Translations under genes and position numbers: made by a program
Notes under the pieces: model-generated
What the model saw: only the letters and a program-made list of their open reading frames with translations
Databases searched by the model: none
What the model was told of the DNA's origin: nothing
Source of the DNA: Octopus vulgaris
Lineage: Eukaryota
DNA: 64,000 nucleotides
Assembly (NCBI GenBank): GCA_951406725.2
Contig: OX597818.1
Location: forward strand, 111,538,001 to 111,602,000
Reading direction: 5' to 3'
Shown here: in pieces, positions 1-12,904 of the stretch
Position numbering within the stretch: position 1 is the first letter of the stretch
Layout of the letters: each line of letters begins with the position of its first letter

Positions 1-292
1 GGAACAGAAAAATTTCGGAGCATGTGGACAGTACAGGTCGTGACTATAATGATTGGTGCGTTGGGAACAGTGTGTAAATAGATAGACTAACGACGGAAAG
101 AGATTGGAATAGAATGCACGGTAGAATTCCAACAGAAAGTTTGTCTCTTAGGGAGAGCAAGTGTTATCAGGTAGGGTCCTAAGGACTTGAAAGGCTGCTG
201 AAAACTTGTGGATACCTAAGGTTACGAGCAGTAACCCGCTTTCCACATGAATCCTATCAAGAATAAGATCGAACCTGAGCCAAACACCAAAG

Positions 293-339
<47 letters not shown>

Positions 340-340
340 T
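1..340 (+). mobile_element. 3' end of a decayed R4/Dong-clade (RLE) non-LTR retrotransposon with (TAA)n tail
   Basis: Translates to VQVVTIMIGALGTV...VEFQQKVCLLGRASVIR, matching the RLE C-terminus (compare IVGALG...IQKIALLGTAHILR at 43280-43420). The 3'UTR at 210-290 aligns with 42262-42340 and is followed by (TAA)n at 295-340. Confidence 0.8.
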
Positions 341-1146
341 TGTTATTATTATTATTATTATTTGACCTCTTTCTCCATGCGACCTGTCAGCAAAATATCC
401 ACCATTCCCTCATCTAAAGATACTTTCAATAATTGTTTCAGAATGCTAGACTATCTAAGCCTCAAGTCATACAAGTCCATTTTAAGAATATCCTATCTTA
501 TTATAGATGCTATTTTTGTTTCTATGTAATTTTTCTTTCAATTTTTATTATTTCCCTCCACTGCATTCCAAAAACCATGTTAGCGTAAAGCAATGTTTTA
601 TTAATAACACACATAACTCAAATCTTTCTAAAGAAATAAACTTTTTTTGTTTGCTTTTTTTTTAGCCCCAAGTTGTCTGCAATGCGTTATTGATTTCAGT
701 GAGGAATCCAATATATTTTTATAATATTATTTGATTTTTTTTTCATTATTATTTGTATATTTGTTTCTCATATAGTACCAAATAGAAGAAGAAATATTCT
801 TCAACTATCGATTCATGAGTGATATTTTGACATTTTGCTGTGCTGAACATTCACACGCCTGCAGTCATACATACACCAACAGACATATGTTTAATATGAA
901 ATCAAATAGTCTTGCTTTAGTTGCTCTCAGCATGTACATTTACATGAATATAAAGAAAGCTATCAGTTCGAGGTAGAATTTTACTATTATCATATTTAGA
1001 CTTATATAACATCCAACAATAACAGAAATTCAGACGTGTGTTCATTAGTCACTCTTATTCACACATACTCCATTATTCAAACACTCAGCGACTTCCAGTT
1101 TACCATTTATTCACTTTAAACCAGTTATTCTTTGTCCCTCCTGATA

Positions 1147-1367
1147 TTGGCTTCAAATTTTAACACAAGGCCAGAAATTTCAAGGGAGGGGCTAGGACGA
1201 TGACATCGACCCCCAATGATCAACTGGTATTTATTTTATCCTCTCCAAAAGGATAAAAACCAAAGCCGACCCGACCTCGGCGGAATTTGAACTCGGAACG
1301 TAAAGTCGGACGAAATGCCGCTAAGAATTTTGCCTGTTGCAGTAACGATTCTGCCAGCTCATCGCCT
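1147..1367 (-). mobile_element. SINE family A (tRNA-headed, resembles octopus OK-type SINE)
   Basis: Reverse complement of the consensus ggcgagctggcagaa...gagttcaaattccgccgaggtcgactttgcctttcatcc seen at 5497 and 11311. Confidence 0.85.
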
Positions 1368-1479
1368 TTTACCTCTTTCAATATTAGCAATAAATAAAGA
1401 CCTAATCACAGTCTGCTCCAGTGTGTTATGCCATTTAATCAAGCTACATCGATTTACGAGTGGGTTCGAAATGTCCGAG

Positions 1480-1970
1480 TCAGTTGTTTGTCTTCAAGTA
1501 TGATATTATGAAGATGGGAGAATGTGGTTTACCAAACTTTTAGTTATCAAGCAAGTACCTTGTTATCGGTACAGCACCCTCATCAGCGGCATGCCTGAAA
1601 ACAAAGAATACGTCGCCCCTTCCATCCGTAGACTGGTGTGGAACCTCGGCAACCCCTTAGCCTCCTGTGCGAGGGATACGGTGAAGACGCTGGCAGCAGG
1701 ACATTGGATAACTAACAAGGCAGAGGTTAGTCCTAAACTAACGGCTTCAAGGTTATTGTGGCCAAGAATAAGATCTGTAACGTCAGACAACGGTTGGGCG
1801 TCAACTAGCAAGAAATTTGCTATCGCATGGCAGTCTCTTCGTCGACCATGCTCATTGTACTCTCGTAGATCTCTTGGTAGTTGGGATGGACGCCTAGAGA
1901 GGCAGTCGGCTGGGGGAGATGACGCCAACTGCCTTATTCACCGCCCAAAGGCGGTTTAGCGAATTTCTGA
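1480..1970 (-). mobile_element. GC-richer island with a 121-aa ORF, possibly an ORF1 5' fragment of an L1/Tx1-like LINE
   Basis: ORF 1563-1928 has non-repetitive composition in an otherwise AT-rich region. The family assignment is an impression only. Confidence 0.25.
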
Positions 1971-2566
1971 ACAGAACAAAAAAAACATCGATCTATGACG
2001 AAGTACCTTAGCAACGTGTTTCATTAATTATTGTAGATTACAAATATGTAGCATTCATATATATACACACATAACACAAGGAGCAACTTGCTTCACCATC
2101 TTAAAGACAGTATAGAATAAAGATGGAAAATTCTCTCCTGAACTTGCATCTTTCAAGACAAAAAAAATGTTCTGCTTCTGAGTCCAAGGCAAGAATATGT
2201 TGTTCAATTTTCTACTTGAGGATAACGCCTCGGGAGTCTTCAAGGTGATGTCAATACTATTTTATGATACAGGAAAATATCAAATATGTATCTTCTGTTA
2301 TTTGCAAACCAAACAAGATGGGGAACAGAAATTTTCACTGAAATGTCTGTTTCATATTTTTGACTAACAGTGAAATGTTGGTGTGTAGAATATTGCCTTG
2401 AACCATTGTTAATCTTGATAATTTATAAAGCTGCAGACCGCTCGTAGAATCTCAACACCCTCCAAGTATTTATTTCTGTCAAAAGTATTGGAAAAACACC
2501 AAACACAAATTTCTTAGAAAATTGCTATTTGTAACTCTCACAACGAGAGATATTCAGTAACAGTAC

Positions 2567-2991
2567 TTTGTAGTAAAGATTGTTTGCCAACATAACATGG
2601 CAGTCCTGGCTTAGGACTAATGTTGCTGTAATTTAGCCCCAAGCGACATTGTCTCCAGCTGGTTATACGACACGATCTGTGTCCTTATATTTATTTTCGA
2701 ACAAGAGACAAACACAGACACAATGTGAGGGTGCTAGATTCCCTTGTACGCAGCTCATCTTAGCCGAAGAATTACTTTGTGATGATGAAGAGAAATAACC
2801 CAGGAATCACTATACACAGATATTGTTTTGAACTGAGTGGGGGTGCTGGATTCCTTTGTTCGAAAATATAAGGACACATATCATGTCGTATAGCCAGCTG
2901 GAGACAATGTCTCGTGGGGCTAAATTACAACAGCATTCATCCTAAACCAGGACTGCCATGTTATGTTAGCAAACAATCTTTACTCCACAAA
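2567..2991. repeat. Long inverted repeat (about 140-bp arms, foldback/MITE-like)
   Basis: 2567-2706 is the reverse complement of 2856-2991 with scattered mismatches (gtaaagattgtttgc(c/t)aacataacatggcagtcctgg...). Confidence 0.9.
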
Positions 2992-3674
2992 TTTCTTATT
3001 CTAAACCTTACTCAACAGGCGAATTTCTTCTATCTTTGTCGCAATTACCACAAGTTTTTGAAGAATTAAATGAACGTGGTAAACAATCTATCAGGAATGT
3101 TTGGAAAAAGCTGTCATGTCAAAAATTCCCTAAATCATATCATTTCAGTCTGAGACTTAGATGAAGGGATTTCAGGAGAAACCATTTTCAGAAGTTTACT
3201 CTGATTTCCTGTATATTCTCTTACTATAAGGTGATTCGCGAAAGAAGCTTTAAGAAAACACACAAACACGCACACATATGCACATGTGTATCTATGTATC
3301 TCTGTGTGTAAGCTATCATAAAATATTAAATAGCAAAGCTAAACATCAAACAAGCAAAACATAAATATAACAAAATGCATACAAATTGATACGAAAAAAA
3401 AAAGGATGTGGAAATAAAGCTAAAATATGATCAATATCGATAACATGAAAGTTATGGTGTATCTTTAGGGTATCTGACTCGAGCATTGCACGTCCAATAT
3501 CAATTACTTATGCACAAGTGCAATCTTGTTAACCAAATTAGTTGGAGAAGCCATCGAAAATGCTTCTCATTTTAGTATTTCCAATAATGAATACGAGAGT
3601 AATGGCAGAATAATAACTTCGAAATAGTTTAGAGCTACGCAGGCAGCAGTTGTTACTGGTGACGGAGAAGTAGA

Positions 3675-3818
3675 TGTAGTAGTAGTATTAGTGTAAGTAA
3701 TATTAGGAACAGTAGCAGCAGTAGTAGTAGCAGCAGTAGCAACAGTAGTGTATGTAGTAGTAATAGCAGTAGTAGTAGTAGTAGTAGTAGTGGTGGTTGT
3801 AGTAGTAGTAGTAGTAGT
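3675..3818. repeat. (TAG/CAG)n microsatellite
   Basis: Direct reading. Confidence 0.95.
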
Positions 3819-3899
3819 CCCATTGACCTGGTCGATTTGGTAGCCGTAATCCTATCTTATCGAACACATCATTTCCGGAACTATACAACACAATGCTTC

Positions 3900-4110
3900 T
3901 TTCGTTGTTGTTGTTGCTGTTGTTGTTGCTGTTTATCTCAAGTCAAGCTGGAATCACGGGAAACTATGATCAAAGGCATTTTAGTCGAAACCATTCTGTC
4001 TTTGTGCCGGAATGCATAATTTAATATTATGTTTGTTGTTGAAGACAACGGAACGTCATTTAACGGAAATTTGGTTGCTATTTCAAGCATATTGAGCATC
4101 CTCATAGATA
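3900..4110 (-). mobile_element. Old dispersed repeat with a (CAA)n-like tail (family D); related pieces at about 10170-10360, 29625-29705 and 54355-54420
   Basis: Shared motifs (atgatcaaaggc(a/g)tt..., gctatttcaagc) next to (TTG)n. Confidence 0.5.
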
Positions 4111-5339
4111 CTTATTTCTCGTTCATCATTAATTAATCAAATATCGTATCAAAGACATGTCACTCATAACCATCCCCTCTTGTTCTTTTGATTTTCGTTT
4201 TTCTGGCCGAGTATACCTACGACTGTATCATCTTATTTTAACCCAGTAATGTCGCAGAGCAAGTAATACTTGCGCATCACATATTCTCGATTTCCCTCTT
4301 GAATTCCACGCAGTCAATCAATCTGCTGGAAACAACAACCAAATTTCCTTGAAAGCTCGCTCTTTTGTCTCTAAAAGTTGGGGAATATTTCGTCGATAAC
4401 CAAAGTCAAAAGGAAAGTCAAAAACGGAGAGCTTCTATTGTGGCGGAATATATTTTGTTTTTTCTCATCCCGAATCTTTTGAGTGCAACAAATTGTAATC
4501 TTGAAAGAAAACCCCAAATACTTTACGTATCGAAGCAAATACAAAAATACATTATTTAGAAGATGCCACATATGTATTTGGGACTTATCCTACTTCCGTC
4601 TAATTTTTAGCAAAGAGAAGATAAAATAGTGTTTATATATATATATATATATTGTTTATATATATATATATATATATATAATCTCAATATTGTGAAACAT
4701 GACAATGTGTCCGATCTCTTTTCAATGCCATTAGGTCCACTCTCACCAGCAGGGACTGCCCCCGCTGTGAGAAATTATCTGCTATCCAATCAAATGTTTC
4801 TAATAATGATCGTGATAACAGCAATGAGATTTTTGTGACGTAAGTATAAGTCTACATGATTTGTCGTTAGGTTATAATCGATGAGTAAAGATGGCGCCAG
4901 GAAAGGAAACGCCGACAAATAGAAACATCAGTTCCAACAAACAATTACTTATAGCTCGAAGAAATACAGAAATTATACGAATAGAAACATTTCGAAATAG
5001 AAATAATCTGAAGGTGGGGACTGCAAACAGGAAAAATCTATATAATGATAGGTGTCCTGGAATGGTCAAAGACAAGCAAATAGACACAAACCTCCAGCTC
5101 TAAGACATACAATTATACACAACGTACAGGACTGAAGGCCTTGCAGACACACCATGCAAAGTGCTTTCAAGACATCAGGAAATATAACACCACAACGAAT
5201 CTGTACAAAGACCCATGGCACAAAGAGCAGCTGTCTGTGTTTTAGTAACGAAACGGATTCAGTAAATATGGCGTTGCTGATAAAATAACGTTGTAACTTT
5301 TAGCATGTTACATTTTTGAATAAGTACCAAATTTAAAAA

Positions 5340-5445
5340 AGGAATAAGTACTGGGGTCGATTCATTTGACTAAAGGTTCCTGAGGGTGGTGCTCCAGAAT
5401 GGGCACAGTCTAATATCTGAAACAAGTAAAAGATAAAAGTTAAAA
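5340..5445 (+). mobile_element. SINE family B 3' fragment
   Basis: aataagtactggggtcgattcatttgactaa...gctccag...gaaacaagtaaaag matches the tail of the 39636-40097 copy. Confidence 0.75.
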
Positions 5446-5496
5446 ATACATAGTCTTAGTATTGGCAGATATGAATTCAATATTAATACTTTCTAA

Positions 5497-5895
5497 GGCG
5501 GCGAGCTGGCAGAACCGTTAGCACGCCGGGCGAAATGCGTAGCCGTATTTCGTCTACCGCTACGTTCTGAGTTCAAATTCCGCCGAGGTCGACTTTGCCT
5601 TTCATCCTTTCGGGGCGATTAAATAAGTACCAGTTAGGCACTGGGGTAGATATAATCGACTTAATCCGTCTGTCTGTCCTTGTTTGTCCTCTCTGTGTTT
5701 AGCCCCTTGTCGGTAGTAAAGAAATAGGTATTTCGTCTTTCTTTACGTCCTGAGTTCAAATTCCACTGATGTCGACTTTATCATTCATCGTTTCGGGGTC
5801 GATTGAATAAGTACCAGTTACACACTGGGGTCGATGTAATCGACTATCCCCCTCCTACAAAATTGCTGCCCTTGTAGCAAAATTTGAAACCGTTA
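5497..5895 (+). mobile_element. SINE family A with tandem second body
   Basis: tRNA-like head (ggcgagctggcagaa; B box gagttcaaattcc); the body restarts at 5731 after the junction aaagaaataggta. Confidence 0.9.
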
Positions 5896-6182
5896 TTACT
5901 ATTTTCTCAAACATTAATGTTTAACTTCATATAAGATAAAGTTCCGTAACCCTCTGTTCACTGCGTCTTGCTGTGCATCTTTGACCGGTGTTTCAATGAA
6001 CTCTGTCCCATTGAAATGGGGAGCAGTATAAAATAGTCGTCCCAAACACCTCGAAAGCAACCTGTATAAATACGAGGCGTCTTTGAATGGTAAGAATATC
6101 AGACAAATGGTAAAGATTTTAGACCACAAGACTTGCAAGTATGCACAACAGAGAGAATGGCACTATTTGGTACTAAATAAAT

Positions 6183-6500
6183 ATTCTTTTCTACTCTAGG
6201 CACAAAGCCCGAAGTTTTTGGGAAGGTTGGGCCAGTCGATTACATCGACGCTAGTACGCAACTGGTACTTAATTTATCGATCGCGAAAGGATGAAAGGCA
6301 AAGTCGACCTCGGCAGAATTTGAACTCATAACGTAAAGACAGACGAAACACAGCTAAGCATTTCGTCAGCTCGCTGCCTTATTTTGGGGGAGGGGGCCAG
6401 TTGACTAGATCGATCCCAGTACTCAGCTGCTACTTAATTTATCCGCCCCGAAAGGATGAGAGGCAAAGTCGACCTCGGTGGAATTTGAACTCAGAACGTA
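6183..6500 (-). mobile_element. SINE family A, two tandem bodies
   Basis: aaaggatga(a/g)aggcaaagtcgacctcg...atttgaactc occurs at about 6286 and 6451. Confidence 0.85.
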
Positions 6501-6794
6501 GACATATCTCAATATCGTAGAAAATAAATAAAGCTAGACTTTGCTCAAACTCAGCATACAGAAAGACTCTGCACATTTTGTTATTCTACGCCTTTCGTAT
6601 CTCCCCAATTAAACATTTCCAACACTTTCTCCGTATAGGTGTGACTATCTGGGGTCTTTCCAACGCCAGCGAATACCCCAGAAGGGGAAGATGAAGTTCA
6701 ACTGCTGTTTCCTTTTTTTCCCGGGAATTTGTGCAAAGTATTTAACTTGGTCAACGGAAACATGAACATTCTAACGCAATCAGATGAAGGCACA

Positions 6795-7045
6795 TGCCAT
6801 ACAAAGTCGAACGAAATGCCGCTAAGCATTTTGTCCGGCGTGCGAACAATTCTGCCACGTTCTTCTTGTCCACTCAGCTGGCAAACATAAGCAGTACTAG
6901 TAATTAAAAAGGTCAATCCTGTCATATTCTGTTCTCCTTCAGAACTACGTTAAGGATTACGCATGCCAACGGTGTACTCAGCCATTTGCAATTCAATTTC
7001 ACGAGCAGGCTGTTCCATTGATCGGATCAACTTGAACGCTCATCG
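6795..7045. mobile_element. SINE A head fragment (minus) fused to SINE family C body (plus)
   Basis: 6795-6860 matches the family A head in reverse; 6868-7045 matches 33575-33780. Confidence 0.7.
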
Positions 7046-7232
7046 TCGCAACCGACGGGGTACAAGCTTTTTAACCTAATCACAGTCATCAGTGTTTCGT
7101 TCTAATGATGTAGAAATTTGAAAATGTACAAGCAGCTATCAGAATTAATTTGCATGTGAAGAAATAAAGTCAGTTGACTTGTAAATTAAAGGGAAAAAAT
7201 GCGGAAATATTTCATCGAACTTTTCCCAAATA

Positions 7233-7350
7233 TCTCTCTCTATATATAAACGGCAGTTTATCTTTTTGCTATTTTTTGGCTATAACTCTCTAAAAATGCT
7301 TTATAGTTATTTCCCTTACAAACCTGAGCAACGCCGGGCGATACTGCTAG
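7233..7350 (+). mobile_element. Short non-autonomous Helitron (internally deleted)
   Basis: 5' TC, 3' hairpin cc(t)gagcaacgccggg and terminal CTAG, inserted between A and T; 3' end nearly identical to 63170-63202. Confidence 0.75.
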
Positions 7351-8874
7351 TTCAAAATAAAACCCAACAAATAATATTACAATAGCAACATTTTAGTAAC
7401 AGTTTTTAATATATTCTGTGTGAATACTATGACTGTTTCAATACACTCATTCCTATTGTTATCATTGTTTGCCAGTGCATTTCGTATAGGGTCTTTGTTG
7501 AAAAAATTTTATCGATCGGGAGCAATGATATTAATATAACAACAAACACTGACCTTGCACTAAGGCAAAAAAATATATATTATCGTTATACGAGAAAATT
7601 ATTATTGATGTCAGAAATCATCATCATCATCATCATCATCATTTGAAGTCATTATTATTATCAAATATAATGAATAAAAATAAAAAGAATTAAAATCAAT
7701 AAAGGGTTTCATTATTAATTTTAGTAGTAGTAGTAGTAGTAGTACCATCGCTGTGTATATAGATATATATTTGTGAAAATTCTATAGAACCAGGAAACCT
7801 ATATAGTGAAGGGGTTTTTGTTTCATTTAATCATGTGATATTTATTAGATTCATTTGAATGGAAATTGTTACTTTATTTAAAGTTTAGATTAAAGGAAAC
7901 GCTCCCTCACCATAGCTAAAACAAGCATTATTATTATGACTATAAATTTGCACTTCGGCAGAAAGAAGCACAAAGAATATTCAGTGCAAATTAAACAATG
8001 TGTGGCTTGATCGAAACATCTCTGGTTTTGAATAAAATCGACTGATTTTTAACACTATTGCATCTACAAGTCAATACATGATAGATGCAGAGCATAAAAA
8101 GAAAAGGCGACGATAGCTGCATTAAGAAGTATTTCAAAGTAATGGCGGGTGTCAATTTCCTTTCTTTAAGCTATAGTCGATAAAATATATCTACATAATA
8201 TACTGTGGACGATTGAATCGACTTTACACAGTTTCAGTAAGACAATTAACCTTTTGCTTGCTTCAAAGTAATCAATATGTAATGTATATGGTCGGCTTGC
8301 ACAGATCACATTCGTCTCTTCTCAAGTTCCATTCTAGGTGATATATTATAAATTTTTTCTTTGAAAGTTAATCGTAGCAGACTGGAATGTACTAATGGCC
8401 TTTGTACACCCTATCAATTTGAATACATGGAGGTGAATGACTGCTGGGTAAAAAATGTGACTTGCACGGTAATGAAATCACATTAAAAAAATTACAACCG
8501 CACACTGATACTACGAGTTACCAGTCGTATACTTTCTCATTGAATATACTTCCCTTCAAAAGTGAAGGTATGTGGATTAGTGGTAACGGTATTCGACGCA
8601 CTATCGCGAGTTCGAATCCCGGTGGTGCGTTGCGTCCTTTCTTAAATAGCTTCTCTTTTTCTTTCTTAGGAATTTCCACAGGTCCCACTAGTATGTGTAT
8701 ATTTTTTGTTCAACCTCAAATTTTTGTGTTTTCTTTTTTGTCGTATATTTTTTACAACTTAAACATATATATATATATATATATATATTGATCAAAGCAG
8801 TTCAAATTCGTTGAAACCAGAGAATTTGAATGAAAGTGTTTTGATCCATACATGTAACTTCCAATGTATTTGTT

Positions 8875-9120
8875 GAGTGCCCTTCTTTCATTTGTCCACT
8901 CACCCAACCACCCACACACACTCACACACACACATGTATAAGTATGTATGTATGTATTTGTGTGTCTGTGTTTGTCGCCCCCACCATCGCTTGACATCCG
9001 CTAGGATATGTCGTACTAGGCTTACAAAAGACAAGTTCTGGGATCAATTTGTTCGACTAAAGGCAGTGCTCCAGCATGGCTGCAGTCAAATGACTGAAAC
9101 AAGTAAAATAATAAAAGAAC
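8875..9120 (+). mobile_element. SINE family B 3' part
   Basis: cgcttgaca...aaggcagtgctccagcatggctgcagtcaaatgactgaaacaagtaaaa. Confidence 0.8.
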
Positions 9121-9545
9121 AAAAGGAACAATACATGTGTGTGTGTGTTCGTGAATGTATTTGTGTACAACTTCATTATAAAATTAGCATAGAATTGTAA
9201 AATTTGCATAATTATATTTTCATACGTGATAGTATTAACCTGCAGCATAAGATAACTCTATGAATATATTACGTTTTGTAAATAGCTTCATTAACGAGAA
9301 AGACAGCTAATGCTTTTTTTTCCTCTAACGTGTACATTGTTATTATGTATACAATCTATGATGAGATTATGAAGTTCGAGAAATATGTACTGAAGATTGT
9401 TTTGTGTATGAACCAGCAGCTGAGTCAATACAACTCCAAGTAGAGGTAAGAGAGCTGGAAATAAAGAGAAATGGAAGCAGAATGGAGGGAAAATGCAGTG
9501 AAGGAAAAAAACTATATTTTAACTGAGAGAAGCTTAATAACTTAT

Positions 9546-9547
<2 letters not shown>

Positions 9548-9592
<45 letters not shown>
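9548..9592. repeat. (GA)n microsatellite
   Basis: Direct reading. Confidence 0.95.
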
Positions 9593-9596
<4 letters not shown>

Positions 9597-10397
9597 GACA
9601 ATGAGTGAGAAAGAAAGAGAGAGAGAAAATAGAAGAGTTGAACACACAAAGGAAAGTATGGCGGAGGTGGTGTAAAATATTGTGAACGGAAAGCAAAATA
9701 AATGTACATACATATGTATAAAAGTGAGGACTTGAGTCACGCCATTTCTTATATTTTGTCGTAAGATGTGGTAACGCTTCTATCGTTTGATCAGATTCCC
9801 TTTGAGGCAGATGCCAACAATGTCTTTCAGACGAAACAGGAATTGCGAAGTTGTGTCTTACGCATCTTCTGCACTGACATTATGATATTAGCGACATAAT
9901 TAAATAACTTATATCAAATTGGAATCGAAACCTGTATCGATGTGTTTACTCAGCAGGAATTCCCATTTTGTTTTCAGGCAGTCACGACAAATAATGGAAA
10001 AGGAAGCATGATTTGGTATTGTTCCGAAGGCAATTTTCAGGTGACAGCGAAATCTAGTAAAGTTTACTTCAAAAGGAGGAGGCGACAGAATGATATTTCC
10101 TAAAAGTATTCGCTCTGGAGAAATGGAATTGGTAAAAAGATTTCATTTCCAAAACGTATTATTGCTATGATCGGTGTTTAGTCCCAGCTAAGATCTAATT
10201 CAACAGATATCCAATCAAAGGTGTCTTGGCGTCTACCATCCTGTCCTTTCTTTTAAGTTTAGCTTTGACTTTATTCTCAAATTTGTCCATTTTTGCTTTG
10301 TTTTTCAAGTGATTTACAGGCAATATAACTGCTATTTCAAGCGGGTGGAAGGCCCATGTAGAGTCTTTCTTTCTGGCTCGTCGAGGACATATTAATA

Positions 10398-10750
10398 TTG
10401 ATTTCAAATTTTGACACAAGGCCAGCAATTTCGATGGTGGGGTAATTCGATTACATGGATTCCAGAGCTCAACTAATATTTATTTTATCGGCCCTGAAGG
10501 GTTGAAAAAGCAAAGCAGACGTCCGCGGAATTTGAACTAAAGACCTAAAGAAGAATGAAATGCCATCAAGCAATTTGTCCGACGTGTCTAGCGGTTCTAA
10601 CGGTTCGCTGCCTTTCTTGAGCATGTTTATATTATAACTGCCCTTAAGAGCTGGCAGAATCGTTAGCACGCCAGGCAAAATACTTAGCGGAATCAGCTTT
10701 ACACCTCCCTGATATTGCTGGCCTTGTGCCAAAAATTGAAACCAATACTG
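10398..10750. mobile_element. Two divergently oriented SINE A copies (minus 10398-10615; plus 10645-10750, internally deleted)
   Basis: ggaatttgaact...ggttcgctgcc on the minus strand; gagctggcagaatcgttagcacgcc...ccttgtgccaaaaattgaaacc on the plus strand. Confidence 0.75.
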
Positions 10751-11310
10751 AAAGGCGTAGCCTGAATTTGTTTCAGCTGGTTGATCACAGTTGGAATGAT
10801 TCTTTTCATAAGTCTGCTTAATAAGTGACCAGTGGTTAAAGAACCGCAACAAAAACTAACCACTTGTCCTGTTTCGTAGATGTCAGGTAAGATAGTTTGA
10901 ATTAGTCTCAAGTTGTAATTATATCGAATATGAAGATTAATACCTGTGACTTTTGAACTGAGAACATCAAGGAGAGATACCATAATGGCAGAACATTTCT
11001 ACAGATTCACCATAACCATTTCTGCTACTTCGTTATTCCTTGCAAAATTAAATTACCTTATCCTTGTTTAAATCATATAAGCCATTGTAAAGTAATATTT
11101 CCTCGTAAATTCTATTATCTCATCTTAAATTACTGTATTTCATATCAAATTTAATTTCGTAATCTTCAGAAAATAATTTCTGAAGCAAACCTTATGAGTT
11201 AGATTCAGAATTCTATATTGATAGAGTAGAATAACGCAATAAACAAACTCTCGACTACAAGCTAGAAATGCTTTACTCCTAGACGTGAGTGGAAGTGATA
11301 ATTGTTCATG

Positions 11311-11915
11311 GGGCGGCAAGCTGGCAGAACCGTTAGCACGCCGGGCGAAATGCTTAGCGGTGTTTCGTCTGCCACTACGTTCTGAGTTCACATTCCGCCG
11401 AGGTCGACTTTGCCTTTCATCCTTTCGGGGTCGATAAATTAAGTACCAGTTTCGCACTGGGGCCGATGTAATCGACTTAATCTCTTTGTCTGTCCTTGTT
11501 TGTCCCCTCTGTGTTTAGCCCCTTGTGGGTAGTAAAGAAATAGGTATTTCGTCTGCCGCTACGTTCTGAGTTCACATTCCGCCGAGGTAGACTTTGCCTT
11601 TCATCGTTTCGAGGTCGATTAAATAAGTACCAGTTACGCACTAGGGTCGATGTAATCGACTTAATCCCTTTGTCTGTCCTTGTTTGTCCCCTCTGTGTTT
11701 AGCCCCTTGTGGGTAGTAAAGAACTAGGTATTTCGTCTGCCGCTACGTTCTGAGTTCAAATTCCGCCTAGGTAGACTTTGCCTTTCATCCTTTCGGGGTC
11801 GATTAAATAAGTACTGGTTACGCACTGGGGTCGATGTAATCGACTTAATCCTTTTGTCTGTCCTTGTTTGTCTCCTCTATGTTTAGCCCCCTTGTGGGCA
11901 AATTAAGAAATAAGA
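11311..11915 (+). mobile_element. SINE family A with three tandem 184-bp bodies
   Basis: One head, then bodies starting at 11363, 11547 and 11731. Confidence 0.92.
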
Positions 11916-12189
11916 ACGTATTAAATAAGTGTTCGTTACTTCAGAACAGAGACATGAAAAACTTCCATTGAAATGATCTGGATTGTTTCTTTATTTCTAA
12001 GCTTTCTTCGCCCACCTCATATCTTAGTGAATGATGTGGCAGATCGTCTTGCTATATCCGGTTGTATTTGGTTTCTAGTTGCGTTCTCATTACTAATTGT
12101 TACGTATGAGGTAAGAAATATATACTTCCCACTTACTGAGTGAATAACGTGACATCGGTAAACAACTGATAGAAGTGTAAATGTATATC

Positions 12190-12520
12190 TCTCTTTTACT
12201 CTTTACTCTTTTACTTGTTTCAGTCATGTGACGGTGGCCATGCTGGAGCACCGCCTTTAGTCGATCAAATCGACCCCAGGACTTATTCTTTGTAAGCATA
12301 GTACTTATTTTATCGGTCTCTTTTTTGCCGAACCGCTAAGTTACGGGGACGTAAAACACCAGCATCGGTTGTCAAGCGATGTTGGGTGGGTTGGTGGGGG
12401 GACAAACATATTTATACGACGGGCTTCTTTCAGTTTCCATCTACCAAATTCACTTACCGAGGCTATAGTAGAAGACACTTACCCAAGGTGCCATGCAGTG
12501 GGACTGAACCCGGAACCATC
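12190..12520 (-). mobile_element. SINE family B (tRNA/CORE-type, resembles octopus OR SINEs)
   Basis: Reverse complement of the 39636-40097 consensus, with (ttttactc)n tail. Confidence 0.9.
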
Positions 12521-12904
12521 TGTGTGTTTATAGAAAATATGTCCTCATTCACGTGTAGTTAGGGACGGAGACAATAACTCACATCACCTGCAAACAAGTT
12601 ACGTTCATACACATACAACGAAAATGGAAATAGTTCATATGTATATGAGCACATATGAAAACGCTCTACCATAAACACATACGACGTCACCACTTCTCCA
12701 AATACAATCACATGCTCACACAATACGACAACATATTCAATGTACCAAAAGGCACATGTGCTCATACGGACTAAAAAAATCATTGGACACGAACTGGAAT
12801 AGTTCTGTTTAGTTTTGGCATTTGTCTAATAACGTTTAATGAAATAGTTTTCTAAATTTGATGGACGGCCGTGGCTGGATCCTCATATCTTTCCTTTTTC
12901 TTCA

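Noticed and set aside
5914-6138. 74-aa ORF in complex sequence
   Set aside because: No recognisable motif or consistent splice boundaries.
9978-10040. 63-nt AG/GT-bounded open frame (AVTTNNGKGSMIWYCSEGNFQ)
   Set aside because: Weak donor (gtgaca), no recognisable domain and no partner exons; could be chance.
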